IMG/VR virus record: IMGVR_UViG_3300045988_156211
DNA: 64,000 nucleotides
Source: a virus
Reading direction: 5' to 3' (one strand)
A model generated the notes under the pieces. That model searched no databases, was not told the origin of the DNA, and worked only from the letters and a program-made list of their open reading frames with translations. A program made the translations under genes and the position numbers. Position 1 is the stretch's first letter; each line of letters begins with the position of its first letter. Shown piece after piece: positions 27,678 through 35,965 of this stretch.

Positions 27678-28457
27678 TTAAAGTTTTTCAGTTGAAACTC
27701 CAGACCCCATACCGTTTGTTCCTCTATCACTCTCCTTTGATAGTCTATCATAAGATGTATCGGTAGTTTCCAATAATATACTTCTAATATAGGGTACATG
27801 TAAGAATTGTATAAGTCCCTTATTCTTAGCATAAGTAGCCATATCCAAAGTTATGGGCTTATCACTGATATTAGCTAATCCAATATGTATCTCCCCCGTA
27901 TAGTCAGCATCTACTACTTCTGCAGTAAATATAAGACCATTATCGGTAGCCATACCAGATTTATTCTTAGCCAATAGACAAGTACCTTTGTCTACTATCC
28001 ATACTCTTATACCTGAAGGAATAGAAACTCTTCCATTTGGTCTGATAACTATGTTATCCACTTCTCCAAGTAGATTAGTATTGATCAGACAATGACGGTA
28101 TTTAATTATATCAGAAGGTTTTAGTACTGGCATAAAGAAATCTATACCAGCATCGTTCATACAGGCTCTTCTTGGACATTTTACTTCCCTTAATCTGGTG
28201 AAGTAAATCATATCTGATTCTCTAACTGGCTTTAAATCATCATGGAGATGAATTACATTATCATTTTTTCTTTTGCTAACCATGTCTTCATTTTTATTAT
28301 TTGTTTCTAAACTACCATCTCCAACAAAATCAAGTCTACTAATAAATTCCTCTTTTCTCTTAGCCCGATTCTCTCGATTTTCTTTAGAGATAGCCTCAAT
28401 ATCTTTATAAAAATTAATATACTTATATTTCAGACGTTTAACTCTTCTTGTTACCAT
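27678..28457 (-). CDS. dut: trimeric dUTPase with about 90-aa charged N-terminal extension
   Basis: The dUTPase motifs are DAGIDFF (I), NKSGMA (II), AEVVDADYTGEIHIGL (III) and SDRGTNGMGSG (V). Confidence 0.8.
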   Translation of the reverse strand: MVTRRVKRLKYKYINFYKDIEAISKENRENRAKRKEEFISRLDFVGDGSLETNNKNEDMVSKRKNDNVIHLHDDLKPVRESDMIYFTRLREVKCPRRACMNDAGIDFFMPVLKPSDIIKYRHCLINTNLLGEVDNIVIRPNGRVSIPSGIRVWIVDKGTCLLAKNKSGMATDNGLIFTAEVVDADYTGEIHIGLANISDKPITLDMATYAKNKGLIQFLHVPYIRSILLETTDTSYDRLSKESDRGTNGMGSGVSTEKL

Positions 28458-28851
28458 ATAAGTCTCTGTATATTTTCCTTACATCCTTAGCAGGTATTTC
28501 GAATTTCTCAGAGCATTTATTTATTATCTCCCTACGAGTATATTCGTCTTTCCTCTTTAACCTACGAATGTATTTCTTTAACCCGGGTATATCTATTAGG
28601 GTATCGAGATCTTTATAGTGATTCTTATCCTCTAATTCCTTTCGAGTTATATTTAAGTTTTGAGACATTTTAAAAGCACATAATTCAGAATCGCCGCACA
28701 TCTTACATTCTGAAGTACTTAGATCGTAATTTTTACCAAAACAAGGATCTCCATTAGAACCTATATCCTTTATGTTTATAGGTTCTAAGGGATCCTGTTT
28801 TGTAAGATCTAACATTTTTTTCTTTTTATTAGTCTTACCTATAGAACCCAT
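28438..28851 (-). CDS. hypothetical Cys-containing protein (137 aa)
   Basis: DPCFGKNYDLSTSECKMCGDSELC suggests a small zinc-binding knuckle. No family recognised. Confidence 0.45.
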   Translation of the reverse strand: MGSIGKTNKKKKMLDLTKQDPLEPINIKDIGSNGDPCFGKNYDLSTSECKMCGDSELCAFKMSQNLNITRKELEDKNHYKDLDTLIDIPGLKKYIRRLKRKDEYTRREIINKCSEKFEIPAKDVRKIYRDLYGNKKS

Positions 28852-28855
28852 AATA

Positions 28856-29392
28856 TTATGATATCTTTAGATCATACTTATAGATTACGTGAACAATTCC
28901 GGACCACATACCGTCTTCTTTGCTTACCTCTTCATAGTATTCTGAACCAACCAGTGGACTTGGTAAACCATAGATAGTGTATAGCTGATTATTAAGCTTA
29001 GCATCTATCAACTGATTCTTAATACGAATGAGATCTTGAAGATTCAACAAGGATAGAGTTAATACCATGTTATCATATACAATGCTAAACCGGTGAATAG
29101 TAAATGGTCCAAGTTTAGAACCGCTTATACTGGTTACAAACCTAAAACCAGGATCAATAAATATATTATTGCATACATCTATCTGGTTATTCACCTGTTC
29201 GACCTTTTCTTTTAGATCTTCCTTACTCTTAGGATCTATTTCCAATTCGGTTACCTCACCACCTATAACATTGAAGGTCTCTCCGCATTTTTTACAGATA
29301 ATGCTTACCTTATTATCTGAAGGACTAATTGTAACCCCATTTTCAGTACCGCATTTTGGGCACTTAAAGAATGATTTTTGAAATTTGCTCAT
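28856..29392 (-). CDS. zinc-ribbon protein (about 178 aa)
   Basis: CPKCGTEN...CKKCGETF is a CxxC-N19-CxxC ribbon at the N-terminus. The track start at 29398 is TTG and the ATG is at 29392. Confidence 0.5.
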   Translation of the reverse strand: MSKFQKSFFKCPKCGTENGVTISPSDNKVSIICKKCGETFNVIGGEVTELEIDPKSKEDLKEKVEQVNNQIDVCNNIFIDPGFRFVTSISGSKLGPFTIHRFSIVYDNMVLTLSLLNLQDLIRIKNQLIDAKLNNQLYTIYGLPSPLVGSEYYEEVSKEDGMWSGIVHVIYKYDLKIS

Positions 29393-29459
29393 GTTCAAAG
29401 TATTTAATTAATGTTTAACATTATATAATAGGTCGAAAGTAATATTTAATGTACTGGTA

Positions 29460-29960
29460 TTATTCCATAGTAATATGATTGATCAGCTCTGATATAAGCT
29501 TGTAGTCTTTCTCTCGATGATAAGCAAGTTTCTTTGAAAGCATGTTTTCTAGATTTGCAAAGGGATAAGCAACAGTTCCCTCATTATCCAGTCTACTGAA
29601 GCTACTTCCCAGGATAACCGAATTATCATTGTTATCAATTATGATAAGGTTAATGATAACTCCCTTGTAATAGAAAGCAACATTATTGGTATTATAAGAG
29701 GGATCCATTTTAATATCGCTGGCATCGATAAGAGTTTGGATAGTAGATTTTATTGATAGGTATTCGGGTTTATTAATAAGTATATCCACGTCTCCCACCA
29801 TATATTTATGCTTTTCAGCAAACTTAGGAAATTGCTTATATAAAGCAACTCTGCCAGTAATAGCAGTTTGTTCTGCAATACTGTTCTTTATTAGAATGTC
29901 AGCATAGAAGCTTTCAATAGCTTTGGTATACTTCTCTTTGGTAAAAACTTTGTTAAGCAT
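29460..29960 (-). CDS. putative nucleotidyltransferase-fold protein
   Basis: ITGRVALYKQF...VGDVDILI resembles the G[SG]-N(10-20)-D.D motif of minimal or AbiEii-like NTases. The gene is driven by promoter-leader cassette copy 4. Confidence 0.3.
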   Translation of the reverse strand: MLNKVFTKEKYTKAIESFYADILIKNSIAEQTAITGRVALYKQFPKFAEKHKYMVGDVDILINKPEYLSIKSTIQTLIDASDIKMDPSYNTNNVAFYYKGVIINLIIIDNNDNSVILGSSFSRLDNEGTVAYPFANLENMLSKKLAYHREKDYKLISELINHITME

Positions 29961-29998
29961 AATTTTTATAATTTAAAGTGAAACAATTTATTTATATG

Positions 29999-30030
29999 CA
30001 AATATACTACATTTATTTTATATATGCAAA
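29999..30030 (-). promoter_or_regulatory. Bacteroidetes-type promoter, cassette copy 4 (TTTG-N20-TATATTTG)
   Basis: This is a diverged copy upstream of 29460..29960. The leader is shortened but retains AGTGAAACA (unit roughly 29961..30052). Confidence 0.6.
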
Positions 30031-30126
30031 TTTTATTTTATAATAAGCTGAGCTAAGTACTTATTGTTGTGGATTAGATCTTATCTTTTAGATCTTCCTT
30101 ATTTTTGGGATTTATAGGTAGTGCCT

Positions 30127-30152
30127 ATCTTCAGTTCCTGGGAACTGAAGAT
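30127..30152. repeat. 12-bp inverted repeat (hairpin without U-tract)
   Basis: ATCTTCAGTTCC-tg-GGAACTGAAGAT lies between the SF2 helicase stop and promoter cassette copy 4. Confidence 0.5.
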
Positions 30153-30174
30153 ATGACATCATAGTACTTATGAT

Positions 30175-31653
30175 TTATATAGGATACGAGTATTTATGCC
30201 TATTCTTCGAGAGATCTATAACCTTCAACCCCTGATCCATATAATAATTCTTTCTATGCCTACTATGCCTAGAAAGATATTTGCCCGGGTAAGCTAGATC
30301 ATCCAAATAAACTCTACTCTTAGTTTTACTGGTTCTTACTAATCGTCCAAGGAACTGAATAGATTTTTCCTGAGAATCCATAGAGGATGCCTGTATCATA
30401 CATCTCAATAAAGGAAAGTTTTTACCACGAGCTATAATGGTAGTGGATATTAGGATATCTATATCACCACTCCTAAATTTATTCATTATATCTACTCTCT
30501 CTTTAGTTGGAGTATTTACATGTACACAGGCAATTTTATATTTCTTAAGTTTATCTTTTAAGAATGTATAAAGATTTTCTGCATGTTTAACATATTTGCA
30601 TACTACGAGAGCAGGAACTCTGCCGTATGATAAATTATATTTTAATCGGAATAATACCATTTGCCAATTACGAGTATTATTCGTAATCATATCATCATAT
30701 AGATCCTTATAATCAGTATATTTTGATTCATAGTTACCATACCAATATTTCCCAGGAACTATCTTCACTATGGTATTAGTAGAATAACCCTTTTTAATGG
30801 ATTCCTTTAAAGTGAATTTAGCTATTTCAGGACCAAAGAAAGATTCAAGGTTAAAGTTCTTAAGTTTATCCTTTGCTAACTTACTCATATAAATGGTTCC
30901 AGATAAACCTATTCTTACCCGGGTATTATATAAATGAGTTATAACGCTTTGATACATTTTATTGTTTGCCAAGTCAGCCTCATCTACTAATACCATATCA
31001 ATTTTAGATAACTCCCTTTGATAGGTTTTTATATTCCGGGATATAGATTGAACCATACCTATAGAAAACTGAGACCAATTATTTACTTTACTACCCTGAA
31101 CATAGGTTATATTCTCATTGGGTAGATATTTACAAAATTCATCTTTGGCTTGTCTTAACCAATCGGCATCATTAGTTATCAATAAAGTTTTCAGTTTCTT
31201 TTTAAAGGATAGATACAAGGCTGACATAATTAAACTCTTACCAGCATTAACTGTATAGTTTATTACACCAATAGGATAAGATATACCCAATATCTTATTG
31301 TTTATAACGGATTCTACGGCTTTAATTTGTTCTGGCCTTAGTTTATATTCTCCTATAGACCTTATAGATTTATCTACCTTAGGTATTGGTAACCTTTCAT
31401 CTAATATCCTAAAGTCTTTATACCCATAGCTATGTAATAGGTTTACTATCCTGGGTAACATACCAATTTTGAATTGTCCTCTGGCAGAAATAAACTTCAC
31501 CTTACCATCCCAATTAGCCATACCTCTGGCTCTGGTTCTTAAATAAAAGGCATTTGGATGTCTTATTGACAAATCATTGTATAATTTCAATGCCCACTTC
31601 TGAGGTATATCAACCTCTCCTACATTACAATTTTTAATAATTATCCTTCCCAT
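30175..31653 (-). CDS. SF2 DEAD/DEAH-box helicase (UvsW-like)
   Basis: Motif I-like NAGKSLIM, motif II VLVDEADL, motif III LSGT and motif VI QFLGRLVR are present. Confidence 0.75.
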   Translation of the reverse strand: MGRIIIKNCNVGEVDIPQKWALKLYNDLSIRHPNAFYLRTRARGMANWDGKVKFISARGQFKIGMLPRIVNLLHSYGYKDFRILDERLPIPKVDKSIRSIGEYKLRPEQIKAVESVINNKILGISYPIGVINYTVNAGKSLIMSALYLSFKKKLKTLLITNDADWLRQAKDEFCKYLPNENITYVQGSKVNNWSQFSIGMVQSISRNIKTYQRELSKIDMVLVDEADLANNKMYQSVITHLYNTRVRIGLSGTIYMSKLAKDKLKNFNLESFFGPEIAKFTLKESIKKGYSTNTIVKIVPGKYWYGNYESKYTDYKDLYDDMITNNTRNWQMVLFRLKYNLSYGRVPALVVCKYVKHAENLYTFLKDKLKKYKIACVHVNTPTKERVDIMNKFRSGDIDILISTTIIARGKNFPLLRCMIQASSMDSQEKSIQFLGRLVRTSKTKSRVYLDDLAYPGKYLSRHSRHRKNYYMDQGLKVIDLSKNRHKYSYPI

Positions 31654-31655
31654 GA

Positions 31656-32492
31656 TTATTTTATTTTATCCCATAAACTACCTTCATCCTCCTCTTCTTC
31701 ATCTGATTCGGATTCTTTGCCCATAAATTTATATAAATACTTATTATACCTTGCTATAGACTTATCACTAGTTAGTGAAGAAAGTTCCGGTATCCCATTA
31801 CACCAAGATAAACCCTCAAATTGAGCTGTGATATAATCTGGATAGTTATATAACCAATCCTTATCTTTCAAGAAATAATACAACTGAATAAAGTATTGAT
31901 ACTTATTCATGTCTTTCTCAAAGGATTCTAGTATACCCGTTTTATCTGCAATTTTCTTTACATAATAATCGTGCATATCCTTTATTATCCTCTTATCCTC
32001 TGAGGATAATTCCATGTATTCTTTCTGAGCTACATAAGTTTCGGTTATAACCTCTTGCATAGATATAAGCCTTTGAACTAAATTATGGGCATTGTTCATT
32101 TTAGATATGCCTATCTCTATGTATTTTATAAAACCTTCCCGGGCTTCCAATTGGAAATCCTTACAGAAGATATTACATATCTGAGCTAACTTTTTGCAAT
32201 TAGTCCATTCCCTTTGTTGGGTTTCATTTATTTTTCTTACTCCTCGATGTTTTAATTTTATACGGGTAGCATATATAATATCGGCTACCAAATAGGCATC
32301 TCCCGTATTTGCTAGTAATATATTGTTAACTTTCTTATCAACTTTTTTACTGTTAACTAATATACTTCTAGAATTTAAAGCCGTTTTCTTAGCATAAATT
32401 AACACATCTCTTACAGGTACATCAATCCCTAATTTATCGAAAATAATCTTCAACTGAGTACCCGTAACATGGATTGAAGGTTCTCTTTTCAT
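31656..32492 (-). CDS. hypothetical protein (278 aa)
   Basis: ATG ORF between the primase and helicase genes, with an acidic C-terminus. No motif recognised. Confidence 0.5.
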   Translation of the reverse strand: MKREPSIHVTGTQLKIIFDKLGIDVPVRDVLIYAKKTALNSRSILVNSKKVDKKVNNILLANTGDAYLVADIIYATRIKLKHRGVRKINETQQREWTNCKKLAQICNIFCKDFQLEAREGFIKYIEIGISKMNNAHNLVQRLISMQEVITETYVAQKEYMELSSEDKRIIKDMHDYYVKKIADKTGILESFEKDMNKYQYFIQLYYFLKDKDWLYNYPDYITAQFEGLSWCNGIPELSSLTSDKSIARYNKYLYKFMGKESESDEEEEDEGSLWDKIK

Positions 32493-32524
32493 ATACTTTT
32501 TATTTATAAATATGAACTACTGTA

Positions 32525-33475
32525 TCATAATGAGTTCTTCATAGAAATGAGTTCTTGATAGTCTTGGTAATGATACTTGTACACATAAGATAAAACTTTG
32601 TTTTTACCCAGGTCATTACAATCTTTACCATCTGGTAGATATACCACTTTTACCTTTTTATAGGCTACCAATTTTAAAGCCAGGTTTATAGCATAGGCTT
32701 TAGCATCTGGATCTAGTAAAATAATGAATCTTTCTACTGGAGACTTAATAAGTTCGTTTACTTGATAAGCACTTATAGATTTACCCATAGTAGCTATGGC
32801 ATTATTTCCCATGGTTAAAGCATTAAAAGCTCCTTCACATATAAATACTTTATTATACATCTCTAAAGCATCATGATTATATATGATAAACTCTTTACCT
32901 AAACCAGTAGTATCCTTATTGGGATTAGAATATCTTGGACCAGATCCTAAAACATTCCTGGCATTATAATACCTAAGTTCATTACCATAAAAAAAGGGTA
33001 TTATCAAATATCCAAATAGATTACCCTTGTTACAATAACCAACTCCTTGAGAAGATAACTGATCTATATCAAACCCTCTATGTATAGCATAATTCCTTAT
33101 TGACCTAGCTAACTGGGATTTACCGAACTTAATATTTATAAACCCCTCTGGAAGATATACATCTTTCTTTTCGGCTAATTCTATCTTCTCCTCTTTAAAC
33201 TCTAAGTCATTGAAGTCTCCCTTGTTTAAGAAATGCAATAGTTCTCCATAATTATCGAACCCCTCTATATCCATAATTAATTGAGCTGGAGAAGGGTGGG
33301 CATTACATCTAAAACAATTACATCTATACAAGGATAGGTTTACTCCTAACTTCTCTACCCTATGACAATATGGGCATACGGGTATTCTCATCCACCCATG
33401 TTTATAATCCCAAGCTCCTAACCTTTTTACAAAATAGGTCTTTAACTGGGATTTAAATCTATTGGTTATCTTCAT
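32525..33475 (-). CDS. DNA primase (zinc finger + Toprim)
   Basis: CPYCHR...CNCFRCNAH forms a zinc-binding domain, followed by the Toprim-like EGAFNAL and LLDPD segments. Confidence 0.7.
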   Translation of the reverse strand: MKITNRFKSQLKTYFVKRLGAWDYKHGWMRIPVCPYCHRVEKLGVNLSLYRCNCFRCNAHPSPAQLIMDIEGFDNYGELLHFLNKGDFNDLEFKEEKIELAEKKDVYLPEGFINIKFGKSQLARSIRNYAIHRGFDIDQLSSQGVGYCNKGNLFGYLIIPFFYGNELRYYNARNVLGSGPRYSNPNKDTTGLGKEFIIYNHDALEMYNKVFICEGAFNALTMGNNAIATMGKSISAYQVNELIKSPVERFIILLDPDAKAYAINLALKLVAYKKVKVVYLPDGKDCNDLGKNKVLSYVYKYHYQDYQELISMKNSL

Positions 33476-33638
33476 GCTCTTTTAAGAAATTATTTATACA
33501 CTTCTTTATTTTCTTAATATCTCTTATACTAAGACAACCTATTGAGGTATATTGCCATCCATTTTGACTTATACTTAAACAATATCCTCCAAACCGTTTT
33601 GTAATTTCTACTATTGGTAATCTCTTCTTTTTATCCAT
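33459..33638 (-). CDS. hypothetical small protein
   Basis: The track ORF extends to the ATG at 33683. The internal ATG at 33638 lies 1 nt after the helicase stop, so the start is uncertain. Confidence 0.35.
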   Translation of the reverse strand: MDKKKRLPIVEITKRFGGYCLSISQNGWQYTSIGCLSIRDIKKIKKCINNFLKEHEDNQ

Positions 33639-33639
33639 A

Positions 33640-35082
33640 TTATATATCTCCACTAAGTTTATTACGTTTTTCTGGATCAGCATCTGGATTCACTTTCTTA
33701 GTTTTACCCTTGAGTTTTTCATCCAGTTTAGAACCATAAATCTGGTCATAATTCTTTCGTTGATCTTTGGTAAACTCTACTGCCCTTTGTCTATCTACAT
33801 CTACCTTAAATAAAGCTCTTCCGAAAGGAACTCCATCTCGGTTAACTACTATCTCCAATCTTTGGATATTGTCCTTCTCCTCTTGAATAGTAGCATTTAG
33901 ACCTAATATACATTGGGCATTACGAACAATAGATATAGCTCCAGATATGTCATTTTCCTCATACCTAGTTTCTCTATGTTTAGCACCTTCTCGAGTAATG
34001 TGGTTCGCAGTCCATATACAATCTAATTGCATTTCATCGGCTAAATTTTGTATATCTACATAGATATTGGATATTCTATCGAAATCCTCTTTATCCCTAT
34101 TTATTGAAGCTAGCTTGGCTGCATAGTCTATCATCACTACCCTTATATCTATACCCTGATTACGTAATTTAATAATCATATTCCTTATATAATTACAATC
34201 GGTAATCATAGCAGGGACTCTATCGACTATAAACTCAACTCCAAATCTAGAAAGCTTTCTCATATGTTTAGCTTCCAGTTTATCATAGTCTCCAGAATAT
34301 AATTCCTTTTTAGTTTTATTAATAGAAGACTGGATCATTCTATCCATGATCTGAGTTTTACCGTTTTCAGTGTCTATATATAAAACTGACTTCTTCATCC
34401 TAAGATAACCTCTTGCAGTATTAATTAGAAAGAAGGTTTTCTTAGCTTTTGGTTTATCTAATAATACTATTACTGAACCAGAAGGAAATCCGTTAGCATT
34501 GGTAAGTTGATTCAATTGTCTGAACGGAGAAGGTATTACATCTGGTTCAGCTTGACGTTTAAATTGTCTTTCTGTTATGTCCCTAATGAGATATATGGGT
34601 TCATCCTCTTGTTTAGGCTTAGACTTCTTAAGTATTTGATCTACCTTCTTAGCATATTCTTCATATTGGTCAAAGTTGTTCAGGTCAAAAGAATCATTAA
34701 GGTTCTTCATCTCTATATAGGTAGAAAACTTATAAATCTTATCTTGAATAAAGTCCGAATCTTTCAGTGGCTCTTCGTATAGGTTACGTATAATCTTAAA
34801 TATATTAGGAATATCATCCTTAGTAACTAAATCAACGTATTCTTTAGATTCTAGTAACTCCTTCACTACCTCCTTTAATACATTTTGAGAAGGAACATGT
34901 AAAGTCTTCTTATAATACTTAAACAATGCCTCGGCTATTAAAGCATGCTCTATTAAAACTAGGTAACTGGGCTTAATACGTTTTATCATCAAGCCCATCT
35001 CCTTTCCCTGGATTAGAAACCTTAAGATCTCTAATTGGAAATCCGTACTAAATTCGAACTTAACCTTACTACGACTATTCAT
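33640..35082 (-). CDS. DnaB-like replicative helicase (T4 gp41-like)
   Basis: Has a C-terminal RecA-fold with a degenerate P-loop (LLDKPKAKKTFF), Walker B VVMIDYAAKL, and NHITREGAK / ISGAISIVRNA segments typical of the DnaB C-domain. It is adjacent to the primase gene. Confidence 0.65.
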   Translation of the reverse strand: MNSRSKVKFEFSTDFQLEILRFLIQGKEMGLMIKRIKPSYLVLIEHALIAEALFKYYKKTLHVPSQNVLKEVVKELLESKEYVDLVTKDDIPNIFKIIRNLYEEPLKDSDFIQDKIYKFSTYIEMKNLNDSFDLNNFDQYEEYAKKVDQILKKSKPKQEDEPIYLIRDITERQFKRQAEPDVIPSPFRQLNQLTNANGFPSGSVIVLLDKPKAKKTFFLINTARGYLRMKKSVLYIDTENGKTQIMDRMIQSSINKTKKELYSGDYDKLEAKHMRKLSRFGVEFIVDRVPAMITDCNYIRNMIIKLRNQGIDIRVVMIDYAAKLASINRDKEDFDRISNIYVDIQNLADEMQLDCIWTANHITREGAKHRETRYEENDISGAISIVRNAQCILGLNATIQEEKDNIQRLEIVVNRDGVPFGRALFKVDVDRQRAVEFTKDQRKNYDQIYGSKLDEKLKGKTKKVNPDADPEKRNKLSGDI

Positions 35083-35211
35083 ATTTCTTAATATTTTATT
35101 TACTAATAGTTATAAGTTAGTATAGTAGGTGGAAACCCGCCAGTACTATGGACTACTAATCATAGACCACCTTTCAATCCTCAGCTATTTTTATAAAAAT
35201 ATGTATATTTA

Positions 35212-35243
35212 TTTGCATATATAAAATAAATGTAATATATTTG
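35212..35243 (+). promoter_or_regulatory. Bacteroidetes-type promoter, cassette copy 5 (plus strand, TTTG-N20-TATATTTG)
   Basis: ATTTGCATATATAAAATAAATGTAATATATTTGCAAA ends 27 nt upstream of the ATG at 35271. The upstream CTCAGCTATTTTTATAAAAAT element is shared with copies 1, 3 and 4. Confidence 0.65.
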
Positions 35244-35270
35244 CAAAAATTATATTAAATAACCCGTATT

Positions 35271-35921
35271 ATGAGGAGAGAGAGTTACAATGGTTCAGAA
35301 ATACATAGACTAAAACCTATGAAATCCTATGATAACAAGGTTTTTATGAAAATGTATAATCTGTGTAAACCAGTAATTAAGAACCTGGTATATCACATAG
35401 ATTATAGAAGATTTAACCTTACTCAGGATATCATAGAATCCTACTTCTGGGATAAGATGTTATATGTATTTAATAAGTACTATGATTCTTCTACTGAAGA
35501 ACATCTTAAAGCTAGAATATTAGCTTCATTAAGTACTTATAAAAATAAGTTATTACGTTATGCTTATAGTGATAAAGCTTCCTATAATCAGAAGCTATCT
35601 AAGTTGGAGGATTTATTAGATAAGGATAAAGAAAGTTTAGATGATTCGGAAGATAATGAAGCATTATCCGAGATGTGGAACATGTTTACGGATTATATGT
35701 ATAAGAATTTATCCGAAGATGCTAAACTTATATTTGAGTGTTTAGTTAGTCCTCCCCCATATATAAAAGAAAGAATCAAAGAGGGTAGTAGAATAACTAA
35801 CATGATATTATTAGAGTTTTTTGATATGCCCCGTACTAAGAGTTCCCTAAAATATATTTCGGAAATAAGGGAGGATATAGATTATTGGTTAGATAGAGCT
35901 AAAAAAGATTTACACTACTAA
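35271..35921 (+). CDS. putative phage sigma factor (ECF-like, divergent)
   Basis: This is the only plus-strand gene. It has a region-2-like segment QDIIESYFWDKMLYVFNKY and a region-4-like C-terminus LSEDAKLIFECLV...SSLKYISEIREDIDYWLDRAKKDL. It has its own cassette promoter and a terminator. Confidence 0.35.
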   Translation: MRRESYNGSEIHRLKPMKSYDNKVFMKMYNLCKPVIKNLVYHIDYRRFNLTQDIIESYFWDKMLYVFNKYYDSSTEEHLKARILASLSTYKNKLLRYAYSDKASYNQKLSKLEDLLDKDKESLDDSEDNEALSEMWNMFTDYMYKNLSEDAKLIFECLVSPPPYIKERIKEGSRITNMILLEFFDMPRTKSSLKYISEIREDIDYWLDRAKKDLHY

Positions 35922-35926
35922 CACAC

Positions 35927-35960
35927 AAAAATAGGGTAGAGATAATCTCTACCCTATTTT
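35927..35960. terminator. bidirectional intrinsic terminator between convergent genes
   Basis: ATAGGGTAGAG pairs with CTCTACCCTAT (11-bp stem, 5-nt loop), flanked by A4 and T4. Confidence 0.8.
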
Positions 35961-35965
35961 AATGA

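Noticed and set aside
2648-35270. I considered whether the five repeated units of about 110 bp could be a CRISPR-like array, MITEs or other mobile repeats.
   Set aside because: The copies are kilobases apart and each sits immediately upstream of a start codon in the correct orientation. They contain a complete TTTG-N20-TAnnTTTG promoter. They have no terminal inverted repeats or target-site duplications. They are best explained as promoter-leader cassettes.
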